This document shows positions 27,410 through 36,948 of a stretch of DNA of 64,000 bases, one piece after another. The notes beneath the pieces were generated by a model that was given only the letters and a program-made list of their open reading frames with translations, was not told the DNA's origin and searched no databases. A program made the translations under genes and the position numbers. Numbering within the stretch: the first letter of the stretch is position 1; every line of letters begins with the position of its first letter. Source of the DNA: Patescibacteria group bacterium (GTDB taxonomy: Bacteria; Patescibacteriota; Saccharimonadia; Saccharimonadales; JAZKJC01); the NCBI GenBank assembly GCA_040384565.1, contig JAZKJC010000003.1, positions 87,195 to 151,194 on the forward strand, read 5' to 3'.

Positions 27410-27441
27410 CCCTACTTATACATGTTATTTTTAAAAATTAC

Positions 27442-27470
27442 TTGTAAATTTGTAATATAGCGTGTAAAAT
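27442..27470 (+). promoter_or_regulatory. Candidate promoter of vapB (TTGTAA-17-TAAAAT), ATG 7 nt downstream
   Basis: TTGTAA at 27442-27447, TAAAAT at 27465-27470, ATG at 27478. Confidence 0.4.
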
Positions 27471-27477
27471 TATAGAT

Positions 27478-27711
27478 ATGAAAACAACACTATCAGAACG
27501 AGGACAGACAGCGGTACCGGCTAGAATTCGTAAACGGTTTGGGTTGCTGCCTGGACAGAAATTCCAGTGGACCGAAGATGGTGAACTTATTTACCTAAAA
27601 CCCATATCCAAAGATCCAGTAAAGGCTTTTCGTGGTTCTAGCAAAGGTGGAGGTTTGACTATGGCTCTACTTAAAGAGCGCCAAAAAGACCGAGAACGAG
27701 AACGTGAGTAG
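27478..27711 (+). CDS. vapB: AbrB/SpoVT-type antitoxin (VapB-like)
   Basis: MKTTLSERGQTAVPARIRKRFGL.. It overlaps the downstream PIN gene by 8 nt. Confidence 0.8.
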   Translation: MKTTLSERGQTAVPARIRKRFGLLPGQKFQWTEDGELIYLKPISKDPVKAFRGSSKGGGLTMALLKERQKDRERERE

Positions 27712-28123
27712 ATTTGTTCTGGATACGTCCGCTTTGTTAGCCCTGAAAGAAGACGAACCTGGCGCCTCAGCAGTTGACAAGATCCTGCTGGAACATGGAG
27801 CCAAAAATACTGTTTGGGTATGCTTTATAACGCTCATGGAGTTTTACTATATTATGCAGCGAAGATATGGTGAAGATGAGGCACGCAATGGCTATCTTAT
27901 GCTCAAAGAGCTACCTCTACGAGTGCTTGAAAGTGATGAAGAATTAGGGCTTTTGGCAGCCAATATTAAAGCTACGGCAAGCTTATCACTAGGCGATGCC
28001 TGGGTAGCCGCTACCGCACAGCGTCTGGATGCGACATTAGTGCACAAAGATCCGGAATTTGAACAGCTGAAAGACAGGATCAAACTCCAATCTCTTCCCT
28101 ATAAACCTGTGAAAAAGGCGTAG
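27704..28123 (+). CDS. vapC: PIN-domain ribonuclease toxin (VapC-like)
   Basis: FVLDTSALLAL (Asp), ..MEF.. (Glu), LGDAWVAATA (Asp) and HKDPEF. Length is 139 aa with a GTG start. Confidence 0.85.
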   Translation: MSRFVLDTSALLALKEDEPGASAVDKILLEHGAKNTVWVCFITLMEFYYIMQRRYGEDEARNGYLMLKELPLRVLESDEELGLLAANIKATASLSLGDAWVAATAQRLDATLVHKDPEFEQLKDRIKLQSLPYKPVKKA

Positions 28124-28141
28124 GTTTAGCGCGCTTTTTTT
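28112..28141. terminator. A/T-flanked GC hairpin after vapC (possible bidirectional terminator shared with nrdJ)
   Basis: AAAAAGGCG-taggtttag-CGCGCTTTTTTT. Confidence 0.35.
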
Positions 28142-28199
28142 CAGAATAGATAAGCTGCATCCTGTTGAGCTACCGTCCTTCGACTTCGCTCAGGATGGA

Positions 28200-30992
28200 T
28201 CAACTGCAGCCGGTAGTTGATCCACATGAGGTACATACATAGCAGCTGCCAGCTTTTTGGGTCTGGTTGCCGCAGTTATAGCACATTGGGGCAGAATCAT
28301 CCTGGAAAGCTTTGGCTTTGGGTTTCTCGTCAAAGGCAGTTGTTACCGGTTGCGTAGCTTCTACGATTGGCTTAGACGACGTTTCCGGGATTTGCTCGGC
28401 TACTTCTGTTTCTATCATTGATTGCGGTTCATCTAGCAAGCTGGTTTGTTCGTCCGGCATGTCATCTATTGAAGCCAAGCCAAGTTCTAGGCGGTCATCA
28501 AAAGATAGATAGCTTAAGGCTAAGCGCCTGAAAATATAGTCCGTTATAGAGCTGGCGGTGCGGATTTCCGCGTCATCTGTTACGCCGGCTGGGGCAAAGC
28601 TGGTGCTCATGAACGCGCTGACGTATGTTTTGAGCGGAACACCGTACTGCAAACCGTGGCTCACACTGATGGCAAAGGTATCCATAATTCCCCGTAAGGT
28701 TGAACCATGCTTGGAAAAGTTAATGAATAGCTCACCTGGCGAACCGTCCTCGTATTCACCCAAAGTGACATAACCCTTTGAGTCAGCTACCTTAAAGGCA
28801 AAAGTCTTTGAGTTGCGGACTCGGGGTAATGGACGGCGGACTGCGCCCCTGACAATAATTTTATCGTTCATAGCATCGGCTACACCTGGTAAATTATTGT
28901 TGCTATCGCCGCCTTTTTTGGTCATGGACAACGGCTGTGCGACCTTACAATTATCGCGGTAAATTGCTACGGCCTTAAGACCTAATTTCCAGGCTTCCAG
29001 GTGGAGTTGTTCTATCTCTTCCACGGTTGCGGTTTCCGGCATATTGACAGTTTTGCTGATTGCGCCAGAAATAAAAGGTTGTACTGCTGACATCATTTTT
29101 ACGTGGCCCATATAGTGGATTTCGTTATCTCCCATAGAGCAAGAAAAGACGGAGCGGTGTTCTGGCTTGAGGTGAGGTGTATCTGTTATTGTTTTCTCTA
29201 CATCAATATAAGTCACAATATCCTGGATTTGTTGCGCAGTATATCCGAGTACTTTTAGTGCTCGCGGTACAGTTTGGTTCACAATATTCATAGTGCCACC
29301 ACCAACCAGTTTCTTGAATTTTACCAGTCCGAGGTCAGGCTCAATACCAGTTGTGTCGCAATCCATCATTAGGCCGATGGTGCCAGTTGGAGCCAAGACG
29401 CTGGCCTGAGAATTACGCACTCCGTATAGTTCGCCCAGTTCTACGGCGTCGTCCCAGGCGGTGGCTGCCGCGCTTAGGAGTTCTTCCGCAACCAGGCTGG
29501 CATCTATCTTTGATACTTCTGCCCGGTGCATCTTGAGTACATTTAACATGCCGTCACGGTCCTTATGGAAGCCGGCGAAAGGTCCGACCCGGTTAGCCAT
29601 CCGCGCACTGGTGGCATAGGCATGTCCCGTGAGAATTGCTGTGATAGCTGCGGCCTGAGCCCGACCTTCGTCACTATCATATGGCAAACCCTGAGCCATC
29701 AACATAGCACCAAGGTTAGCGTAGCCAATACCCAGCTCACGGTAAGCGCGAGCATTCTTGGTGATGTTTTCTGTGGGGTATTCACTGTAACCGACTAGGA
29801 TTTCCTGAGCCGTAAATATCAGTTCTACGGTGTGCTTGAAAGCCTCGACGTCAAAGCTGCCGTCATCGTTCAGGTACTTAAGTAGGTTGATTGAAGCCAG
29901 GTTACAGGCTGAGTTATCCAAGTGCATGTATTCGCTGCAGGGATTACTACCATTGATACGCCCGGCATTAGGGCAGGTATGCCAACGGTTAATTGTAGTG
30001 TCAAATTGCATGCCAGGATCGGCGCATTCCCAGGCCGCTTCAGAAAATTGGCGCATAAGCTCACGCGCTTTGAGTGTCTTAACGACTCTGCCATCTTTGA
30101 CTGCTCGTAGCTCCCAGGTTTCATCATCTTCTACGGCTTTCATGAACTCATCTGTCACCCGTACGGAGTTATTGGCGTTTTGGTATTGGACAGAGTGGAT
30201 ATCTTTGCCGTCCAGGCTCATGTCCCAACCGGCTTTTTCCAGGTCCCTAGCCTTGCGCTCTTCAAGTGCCTTGCACCAAATAAATTCTTCTACGTCTGGG
30301 TGGTCTACATCCAGTATTACCATCTTGGCGGCTCGGCGAGTCTTGCCGCCGCTCTTGATAGCTCCGGCTGAAGCGTCTGCTCCGCGCATAAAGCTTAATG
30401 GTCCGGATGCCGTGCCGGCGCTTTTGCCGAGCTTTTCAACTGATGAGCGAATGGTGCTAAGGTTAATGCCTGAGCCTGAGCCGCCCTTAAATATCATCCC
30501 CTCTTCTTTGTACCAGTTAAGGATTGAGGGCATAGTATCTTCTACGGCCAGAATAAAACAGGCGCTGGCCTGCTGTGCACGCTCCGGCGCTCCAATATTG
30601 AACCAGACTGGTGAGTTAAAGGCGGCGCGTTGGGTAGCGAGAATATACTTCAACTCTTCACGAAAATCTTCGGCTTCTGCCTCTGTCTCAAAATAACCTT
30701 CCTGTAAGCCTTGGCGCGTAACCGTATCAACTACACGATCAATCAGTTTTTGCAGAGAATCTTCACGTTCGGGCGTGCCTGGGGTACCCGTGAAATATTT
30801 TTGGGCTACTATATTAATAGCATTCAGCGACCAGCCTTCCGGGAAATCAATACCAAGCTGCTCAAAAACTGGTTTATTAGTCATAGGATTCATAATCACC
30901 GAGTCACGCTTAACCCACTTCAGTTGATCGTAAGCTTTAGATTTTGCGGGCGTAAAGAATCTCCTGCGCCCCAGGATAGTTGTTTGTCCCAT
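28200..30992 (-). CDS. nrdJ: Class II (adenosylcobalamin-dependent) ribonucleotide reductase
   Basis: 930 aa with NPCSEYMHLDNSACNLASINL in the active-site region and a C-terminal Cys-rich tail CYNCG..CYVCTSCG. AAGGAG SD sequence. Confidence 0.9.
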   Translation of the reverse strand: MGQTTILGRRRFFTPAKSKAYDQLKWVKRDSVIMNPMTNKPVFEQLGIDFPEGWSLNAINIVAQKYFTGTPGTPEREDSLQKLIDRVVDTVTRQGLQEGYFETEAEAEDFREELKYILATQRAAFNSPVWFNIGAPERAQQASACFILAVEDTMPSILNWYKEEGMIFKGGSGSGINLSTIRSSVEKLGKSAGTASGPLSFMRGADASAGAIKSGGKTRRAAKMVILDVDHPDVEEFIWCKALEERKARDLEKAGWDMSLDGKDIHSVQYQNANNSVRVTDEFMKAVEDDETWELRAVKDGRVVKTLKARELMRQFSEAAWECADPGMQFDTTINRWHTCPNAGRINGSNPCSEYMHLDNSACNLASINLLKYLNDDGSFDVEAFKHTVELIFTAQEILVGYSEYPTENITKNARAYRELGIGYANLGAMLMAQGLPYDSDEGRAQAAAITAILTGHAYATSARMANRVGPFAGFHKDRDGMLNVLKMHRAEVSKIDASLVAEELLSAAATAWDDAVELGELYGVRNSQASVLAPTGTIGLMMDCDTTGIEPDLGLVKFKKLVGGGTMNIVNQTVPRALKVLGYTAQQIQDIVTYIDVEKTITDTPHLKPEHRSVFSCSMGDNEIHYMGHVKMMSAVQPFISGAISKTVNMPETATVEEIEQLHLEAWKLGLKAVAIYRDNCKVAQPLSMTKKGGDSNNNLPGVADAMNDKIIVRGAVRRPLPRVRNSKTFAFKVADSKGYVTLGEYEDGSPGELFINFSKHGSTLRGIMDTFAISVSHGLQYGVPLKTYVSAFMSTSFAPAGVTDDAEIRTASSITDYIFRRLALSYLSFDDRLELGLASIDDMPDEQTSLLDEPQSMIETEVAEQIPETSSKPIVEATQPVTTAFDEKPKAKAFQDDSAPMCYNCGNQTQKAGSCYVCTSCGSTTGCS

Positions 30993-31150
30993 AGTTCCCT
31001 CACTCCTTTTTTAGCTAGTAGCTTATAGCTAATAGCTGTTAGCTTAATTTTTGGTTGTTTGTTTAGAGTTGTTGCTCTGTACGCTCTCTTGTACATTGCC
31101 AGCTCCTGCCCAGGCTGTTTAATTGCAGCCAAGGAACAGCTGGTAATGGC

Positions 31151-31621
31151 TTATGCAACAGGTTTAACTTTGCGTTCGCGGATTTGTAAAAGTTCGTTTT
31201 CGAACCCGGCAATATCCTTGAACCTTCGGTAAACACTGGCAAACCGTACATATGCAACTTCATTTAGGGGTGCTAGTCGCTCCATAACCATTTCGCCGAT
31301 TTGCTTGGTAGCCACCTCTTGGTCTCCGCAAGCGTAGACCTGGTGTTCTATGTCTGCAACAAGCCGTTCAAGTTGCAAACTGGTTATAGGAGTCTTTTCA
31401 CATGCTCTATACAGTCCGGCTAGCAGCTTATCCCGGTTAAAGAGCTCACGGACACCGTTATTTTTGATAACGATGATCTGTGGGCGTTCAATCCGCTCGT
31501 AAGTAGTAAACCTAAAGCCGCAGTCGGGACAAGCCCGTCGGCGCCGAATTGCTTCACCTTCACTTACGTCACGAGATTCTATAACCTTTGTATCTGCGGT
31601 AGAACATTGGTTGCATTTCAT
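31151..31621 (-). CDS. nrdR: Transcriptional repressor NrdR
   Basis: Start trimmed to MKCNQCSTADTKVIESRD..CPDCGFRFTTYE (zinc ribbon) followed by an ATP-cone. AAGGAG SD sequence. Confidence 0.9.
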   Translation of the reverse strand: MKCNQCSTADTKVIESRDVSEGEAIRRRRACPDCGFRFTTYERIERPQIIVIKNNGVRELFNRDKLLAGLYRACEKTPITSLQLERLVADIEHQVYACGDQEVATKQIGEMVMERLAPLNEVAYVRFASVYRRFKDIAGFENELLQIRERKVKPVA

Positions 31622-31649
31622 GCTAGTTCTCCTTCTTGTACGAGACCCT

Positions 31650-31787
31650 CTCATTTTGCACATTTTGCTCCAAAACCTGTGACTCCGATGCTCGCTGTAC
31701 CATAAAGTACGGATGCGCTTCGGTGCCCCGCCTGTCTTTCCGACAGGACGGACAGGTCGGTTTTGAATCAAACTGCACTAAAATGCG
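31650..31787 (-). repeat. Dispersed imperfect-palindrome element, copy C (in the nrdR 5' leader)
   Basis: Minus strand reads CGCATTTTAGTGCAGTTTGATTCAAAACC..GCACCGAAGCGCATCCGTACTTTATGGTACAGCGAGCATCGGAGTCACAGGTTTTGGAGCAAAATGTGCAAAATGAG. It is colinear with 36834-36939 on the plus strand and carries a 34-nt extra hairpin. Confidence 0.65.
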
Positions 31788-31968
31788 ATGATCTTTGGTC
31801 TCCCGGCTTAAGCGCAAGAGACACGTGATACAAATTATTTGTTCATTCTGAATGTGCTATGGCTCTATATTTTTTCCCTACATATAGCGTCTATACTTAA
31901 GATCATAGTCCCATATACAGTGTTTTGCAATAAGGAAATCGGTGTATTATTTACTAATTTTGTATCTG

Positions 31969-33321
31969 TTATTTATCGGCATTTTCTGATTTTTCAGGGG
32001 TAGAATCTTTTTTGTCATCTTTTTGCTGACGGCGTTTTGTTAGGCGGCGCAAGAATGAGGGCTTTTCCAGCTCATCTTCTTCTTCGGCGCTAAACACTGC
32101 TCCGTGGGTTTGAGGTGAGGTTTTTGGCGAGACTTTATTCTTGTCCGTATTTTTATTAGCATTAGATTCATCGTGATTGTAGTCATCTGCTTTATCGTCT
32201 AAGGCCCAGATGTTAGGCATAGGTGTGTCCTGATGCAGGTCACTGGCTTTATCGGCGTCATTTAAGTCCATATCAATATCACTCATATCTTGGTCATCAT
32301 CTCTTGTAGGTGCTTGCGGGGTGAATGGAGAGGTTGCAGTCTTGGCGCTCTTTCTATTAGCAAAGTAGGCGTCATCAAAGCCTGTAGCCACTACGGTTAT
32401 TATAATTTCGCCCTCCAGATCAGGGCTAATGGTTGCACCGAAGATAATATTGGCTTCCGGATCGGCCGCCACGGTTATAGTCTCCGCGGCCTGGTTGATT
32501 TCATGCATCGACATATCGCTGCCACCAATGACGTTAAACAAAATGCCCCGGGCACCATCAATAGAAACTTCAAGTAGTGGCGATTCGATAGCTTGTTGAG
32601 CAGCATGAGCGGCCCGATCTTCTCCGGAAGCTCTACCAATACCCATTAAAGCCGAGCCAGCATGGCTCATCACGGCCTTTACATCTGCAAAGTCTAGATT
32701 AATAAGACCGTGAACGGTGATAAGATCAGAAATACCCTGTACACCTTGTCTAAGCACATCGTCAGCAACTTTAAATGCTTCTAGTAATGGTGTCTGACGA
32801 TCAATAGTCTGCAGGAGTCTATCGTTGGGGATTGTAATGAGGGTGTCTACGGACTTACGGAGGTTCTCAATTGCTATGTCGGCATTTCTACGACGTTTTT
32901 CACCCTCGAAAGCAAAGGGTTTTGTAGCAAAACCTACTACAAGCGCACCAGCATCTTGGGCACTTTGAGCAACTATGTGGCCAGCACCGCTGCCTGTACC
33001 ACCACCCGCGCCTAAAGTTACGAACACCATGTCAGCACCCGTAACCGCTTGCTTGATTTCATCAATGGATTCCTGGGCCGCTTTTTGGCCTACTGTAGGG
33101 TCAGCTCCCGCACCCAGACCCCTGGTAGCATCACGCCCAATATGGATTTTTGTCTGTGCTTTTGAGTGGTGCAAGGCTTGAGCGTCGGTATTTACAACTA
33201 TAAACTCTACACCTTCAACGCCTGCTTCAACCATACGGTTAATTGCCGCGCCACCGGCGCCGCCAACTCCTATTACTTTAATTCTGGCAAACGTTTCAAT
33301 TACGGGGTTAACTTGGGGCAT
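31969..33321 (-). CDS. ftsZ: Cell division GTPase FtsZ
   Basis: [13 protein letters not shown] and GGGTGSGAG tubulin signature, with a long acidic/basic C-terminal tail. Confidence 0.95.
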   Translation of the reverse strand: MPQVNPVIETFARIKVIGVGGAGGAAINRMVEAGVEGVEFIVVNTDAQALHHSKAQTKIHIGRDATRGLGAGADPTVGQKAAQESIDEIKQAVTGADMVFVTLGAGGGTGSGAGHIVAQSAQDAGALVVGFATKPFAFEGEKRRRNADIAIENLRKSVDTLITIPNDRLLQTIDRQTPLLEAFKVADDVLRQGVQGISDLITVHGLINLDFADVKAVMSHAGSALMGIGRASGEDRAAHAAQQAIESPLLEVSIDGARGILFNVIGGSDMSMHEINQAAETITVAADPEANIIFGATISPDLEGEIIITVVATGFDDAYFANRKSAKTATSPFTPQAPTRDDDQDMSDIDMDLNDADKASDLHQDTPMPNIWALDDKADDYNHDESNANKNTDKNKVSPKTSPQTHGAVFSAEEEDELEKPSFLRRLTKRRQQKDDKKDSTPEKSENADK

Positions 33322-33390
33322 CTAGTAATACATCCTCGCGTTTAGTATAGGGTGAGTATAACCGATATTGATCAAGCGTTCAACCTTGAC

Positions 33391-33511
33391 CAAATTTTCA
33401 ATTTACAATTTACAATTTTCAATCAATGTACTAATTTTCAATGTCTCAAAAGTTTGAATCATTAGGTTATTGTAACTTGAATGAAAATTGAAAATTGGAG
33501 GTTTGAAAATT
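33391..33511. repeat. AT-rich palindromic intergenic element X1 (AATTTTCA arms / TGAAAATT arms)
   Basis: Four AATTTTCA-type units face three TGAAAATT-type units. The right 27 nt (33485-33511) is identical to 34927-34953. It begins 5 nt after the ftsA stop. Confidence 0.7.
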
Positions 33512-33515
33512 ACTT

Positions 33516-34745
33516 TTACTTCTTAAATCGTTTGATGAGGCCTTCTATTAGGCCAAGCGCTTTTTTATTGGGGCTGCCGTGTGATGTACGATCAGCTTCT
33601 GGTGTCAGCAGCATATCTAATTGCATAAGTCCGATGGCTGTCGCGTATGATGGATCATCAACGACATCTACTAGCCCTTGTAAGGGTTGGAGAGTACCGA
33701 GCCGAGCCGGTAACTGTAATTTCTCTTTGGCAAAGTCAGCCAGGCCGGGCAGCTTAGACGACCCACCTACAATAACTACACCACCGGGCAATTTGCGGGC
33801 TCTGCCTATTTTGCGGAGTTCTTTATCTACAAAATCAAATAGTTCATCCACCCGGGCTTCTGTGATCATATGGATTTCACTTTTGGGAAATGAATGTTGC
33901 TTACCGTCTACTTCAACCTTTATGGTGGCGTAATCGGGAGCTTCAAGCGTAGCATGATTAATTTTTACGGCTTCAGCTACATTCAGATCCGTCTTAAGCC
34001 CAATAGCTAAATCATTGGTGATATTAATACCTCCGATTGGCAGGACCGCGACATGCTGGATCTCACCATCCTCTACTACGACAAGGCTGGTGGTGCCGGC
34101 GCCAATATCAAGCAGCACGGTCCCAGACTCTTTTTGTTGCCGGTTTAATACCGCCTCAGCCGCAGCTAAGCTAGATACTGTGATGTGATTGATGCTAACA
34201 TGGGCGCGTTCCAGGGCACTGGTAAGGCTTTTTAGTGTAGGCGACGACGCTGTCACTATGTGCGTATCAACTTCTAGCCGTACCCCATTCATACCGACTG
34301 GATCTTTGATGTTATCCTGGCCATCAACCCGGTAATTTTTGGCAAATACCTGGATAATCTCACGGTTAGGTGGCAACTGCATGATTGTGGCTGCTTCTTC
34401 GGCCCGGAAGCGATCATCCACACTGATTTCACGGTTAGCGGCACTAATTGCTACAACGCCTTTGGAGTTAATGCCTGAAACATGGGTTCCATTAATATTA
34501 ACTGTAGCAGCACGAATATGAATACCGGATATACGCTCCGCTTCTGTAACAGCGTGAGTGATCGCTTCTGTCACATCGTCCAGATGCACCACAACACCCT
34601 TTCGCATCCCAATATTTACTGTAATACCATGTCCAATTATAGAAGTCTCGTTGGGACGCTCAGGATCAAACATACCAACCACGCACCTGACGGCTGACGT
34701 GCCTATATCAAGGCCAAAAAAATTTGTCGGCGAAGCATCGCGCAT
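33516..34745 (-). CDS. ftsA: Cell division protein FtsA
   Basis: FFGLDIGTSAVRCVVG.., the actin/HSP70 fold motif LDIGAGTTSLVV and GGSSKLPGL. Start trimmed to the ATG at 34745. Confidence 0.9.
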   Translation of the reverse strand: MRDASPTNFFGLDIGTSAVRCVVGMFDPERPNETSIIGHGITVNIGMRKGVVVHLDDVTEAITHAVTEAERISGIHIRAATVNINGTHVSGINSKGVVAISAANREISVDDRFRAEEAATIMQLPPNREIIQVFAKNYRVDGQDNIKDPVGMNGVRLEVDTHIVTASSPTLKSLTSALERAHVSINHITVSSLAAAEAVLNRQQKESGTVLLDIGAGTTSLVVVEDGEIQHVAVLPIGGINITNDLAIGLKTDLNVAEAVKINHATLEAPDYATIKVEVDGKQHSFPKSEIHMITEARVDELFDFVDKELRKIGRARKLPGGVVIVGGSSKLPGLADFAKEKLQLPARLGTLQPLQGLVDVVDDPSYATAIGLMQLDMLLTPEADRTSHGSPNKKALGLIEGLIKRFKK

Positions 34746-34825
34746 ATCCAAAAGTATACCATAAGAGTTGTTGACTGTTAGCGTATAGCACCTGCTTAGT
34801 TCCTTATCGTTCCCGACAGTTATCG

Positions 34826-34954
34826 GCAAGCTCGAGCAATTTTCAATTCACAATTTTCAGAGAATTTTCAAGCACCAATTTTCAAACAGGACATTGAGAG
34901 TGTAAGTCTGAAAATTGAGGTTTGGTAATTGAATGGAAATTGAAAATTGGAGGT
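34826..34954. repeat. AT-rich palindromic intergenic element X2
   Basis: Same architecture as X1. It begins 10 nt after the map stop. Confidence 0.7.
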
Positions 34955-34964
34955 TTGAAAATTT

Positions 34965-35717
34965 TTACAGTTGGGTGAGGATTTCGACGCTATCTTCAGT
35001 AATTAGGACGGTATGCTCAAAGTGGGCGGCTAATGATCCGTCACGTGTCCGGACAGTCCAGCCATCAGGATCTGTCTTTACGGAATAGTCACCTAGCGTT
35101 GCCATAGGTTCGATAGCAACGGTCATGCCTGCTTCCAGCGTCATTCCGGTTCCTCTTTTGCCATAGTTTGGTATATTTGGATCCTCATGTAACTGGTGGC
35201 CTACGCCATGGCCCACTAGATCACGTACTATGCCGTATTTGCCTTTATCTAACACCATCTGAACTGCCGCCGATATATCACCTACCTGGATTTTATTTTT
35301 CAGAACGCTAATACCCACCATTAAGGCACGTTCCGTCGTTGTGACAAGCTGTGCGACCTCCTGAGAAGCCATTCCAGCCACAACGCTAATAGCTGCGTCC
35401 GTAATCATGCCCCGATATGTGACCCCAAAATCAAGGCTGACAATATCCCCCGCTTGAATGATTCGCGTACTTCTCGGTATGCCGTGTACCACCTCATCAT
35501 TGATAGATACGCATAGTACGTCAGGAAAATCATAATAACCCAAGAATGTTGGTTGACCGCCAAGGCTGCGTAGTTCTGCTTTAGCGCTTTCGGCTAAATC
35601 TTTAGTAGTGATACCTGGTCTCACCTGGCCTTTTAAATGTTCCAAAACAGATGCCAGCATACGCCCGCTTTCACGCATAGCGGCAATTTCCTGACTATTT
35701 TTTATACGGGTTTGCAT
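34965..35717 (-). CDS. map: Methionine aminopeptidase type I
   Basis: 250 aa with metal ligand motifs (DFG..D..D, HGVGH, E..EP). Confidence 0.95.
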   Translation of the reverse strand: MQTRIKNSQEIAAMRESGRMLASVLEHLKGQVRPGITTKDLAESAKAELRSLGGQPTFLGYYDFPDVLCVSINDEVVHGIPRSTRIIQAGDIVSLDFGVTYRGMITDAAISVVAGMASQEVAQLVTTTERALMVGISVLKNKIQVGDISAAVQMVLDKGKYGIVRDLVGHGVGHQLHEDPNIPNYGKRGTGMTLEAGMTVAIEPMATLGDYSVKTDPDGWTVRTRDGSLAAHFEHTVLITEDSVEILTQL

Positions 35718-36253
35718 TAGACTTCTTTCAGCAAATGAACAATTTCAGCATGTACGGACTCGACTGGCTGTTCAGCGTTAACCTCGTTTACTTTGACGCC
35801 AGCACCTGCCAGATAGTCAAGAATAGGAACAGTATCCCGCTCATATTCACTGAAGCGCTGTTCAATACCGTCATCATGATCATCTGGTCTGGATCGCTCC
35901 AGCAAACGTGCCCTGACGGCTTCATGGGAGGCTACCAAATGAATCACACAGCTAATCTGAAACCTTCCCTCTTTTTGCTGGTCAAGCAACCACTGCGCCT
36001 GGGATATACGCCGGGGATAACCATCCAGGATAACATTGTTCTGATCAGGTATCTCGCTTAACGCACGCTCCAGCAGATCAGTAACCTCTTGATCGCCCAA
36101 GATTTCGCCCTTATGCATGCGCCTATGTTGGTTATCCGAACCATAAACCCTCAGTAAGTCGCCAGTAGAAACGATATTAAAACCATCCTTATCTGATAGT
36201 AATTTGCTCTGTGTTCCCTTACCTGCTCCAGCAATACCCATTAGTAAAATCAT
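35717..36253 (-). CDS. adk: Adenylate kinase (short form)
   Basis: MILLMGIAGAGKGTQ P-loop, ..ILDGYPR... Length is 178 aa. Confidence 0.85.
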   Translation of the reverse strand: MILLMGIAGAGKGTQSKLLSDKDGFNIVSTGDLLRVYGSDNQHRRMHKGEILGDQEVTDLLERALSEIPDQNNVILDGYPRRISQAQWLLDQQKEGRFQISCVIHLVASHEAVRARLLERSRPDDHDDGIEQRFSEYERDTVPILDYLAGAGVKVNEVNAEQPVESVHAEIVHLLKEV

Positions 36254-36299
36254 GCGAGATAACCTCGCCTGATTTTATGAGCAATGAGCAAGACAGAGC

Positions 36300-36752
36300 T
36301 CATTGGAGTTTATCCTTAACTAGGCGGGCAATTACCGCTCCATCGGCTGATCCCTTAGAGAGTTCTTTAACCTTACCAATAACCTGCCCCATAGCTGACA
36401 TGTCAGTCGCGCCTGTTTGGGCGATTACTTCTGCTATGAGCTGCCCGATCTCTTCTTCAGATAACTGAGCTGGTAGATATTTCTCTATAACTTTTTTCTC
36501 TGTTAGTTCAGCATCGGCCCGCTCCTGGCTACCACCTTGAATGTACATATCAGCGCTTTCCTGACGTTTCTTGGATTCTTTGCCCAGGATATCAACCACT
36601 TCTGGGTCAGGCAGGCCTTCTTCCCGTGCGTTTTTAGCTACTTCCACATACAGTATGGCGCTCTTAAGTCCTCGTAGCGTAGTCACCAGCGTTTTTTCTC
36701 CAGCCAGCATAGCAGTCTTTAGATCTTGGTCAATTTGTTGTTTAATGCTCAT
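36300..36752 (-). CDS. yqeY: GatB/YqeY-domain protein
   Basis: MSIKQQIDQDLKTAMLAGEK..LRGLKSAI..ESADMY..GG..ERA. Start trimmed to 36752. Confidence 0.8.
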   Translation of the reverse strand: MSIKQQIDQDLKTAMLAGEKTLVTTLRGLKSAILYVEVAKNAREEGLPDPEVVDILGKESKKRQESADMYIQGGSQERADAELTEKKVIEKYLPAQLSEEEIGQLIAEVIAQTGATDMSAMGQVIGKVKELSKGSADGAVIARLVKDKLQ

Positions 36753-36833
36753 AATAGATATCCCAGAGATTTTACCAGAGTAAGTAGCTTCTCGCCAAAT
36801 TCTGTAATTAAAAATTGGTTTGCTCAAGACTTC

Positions 36834-36939
36834 CGCAAAATAGTGCAGTTTGGTTCAAGAACGAGCACCGTAAGGGAAGCGTACTTTAAGGTACGCTGAG
36901 TGCGGAGCGCAGTTATTGAGCCAAAATGTGCATTTTGCG
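36834..36939 (+). repeat. Dispersed imperfect-palindrome element, copy A
   Basis: CGCAAAATAGTGCAGTTTGGTTCAAGAACGAGCACCGTAAGGGAAGCGTACTTTAAGGTACGCTGAGTGCGGAGCGCAGTTATTGAGCCAAAATGTGCATTTTGCG. The apical hairpin is AGCGTAC-TTTAAG-GTACGCT. Confidence 0.65.
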
Positions 36940-36948
36940 AAAGTCGTT

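Noticed and set aside
31730-31765. GGAA(A)-loop hairpin CCTGTC-GGAAA-GACAGG resembling SRP RNA helix 8
   Set aside because: It lacks the conserved AGCA / GGAA symmetric-loop context and the rest of a 4.5S RNA. It is an insertion inside the dispersed palindromic element.
31797-31809. B12-box-like sequence AAGCCGGGAGACC in the nrdR-nrdJ leader (cobalamin riboswitch?)
   Set aside because: The other conserved cobalamin-riboswitch blocks (GGGAA..GGUG..AA.CC, GCCACUG) are not found upstream of it in the correct order, and the box sits at the 5' side of the structured part. A covariance-model scan would settle it, and I expect it to fail.
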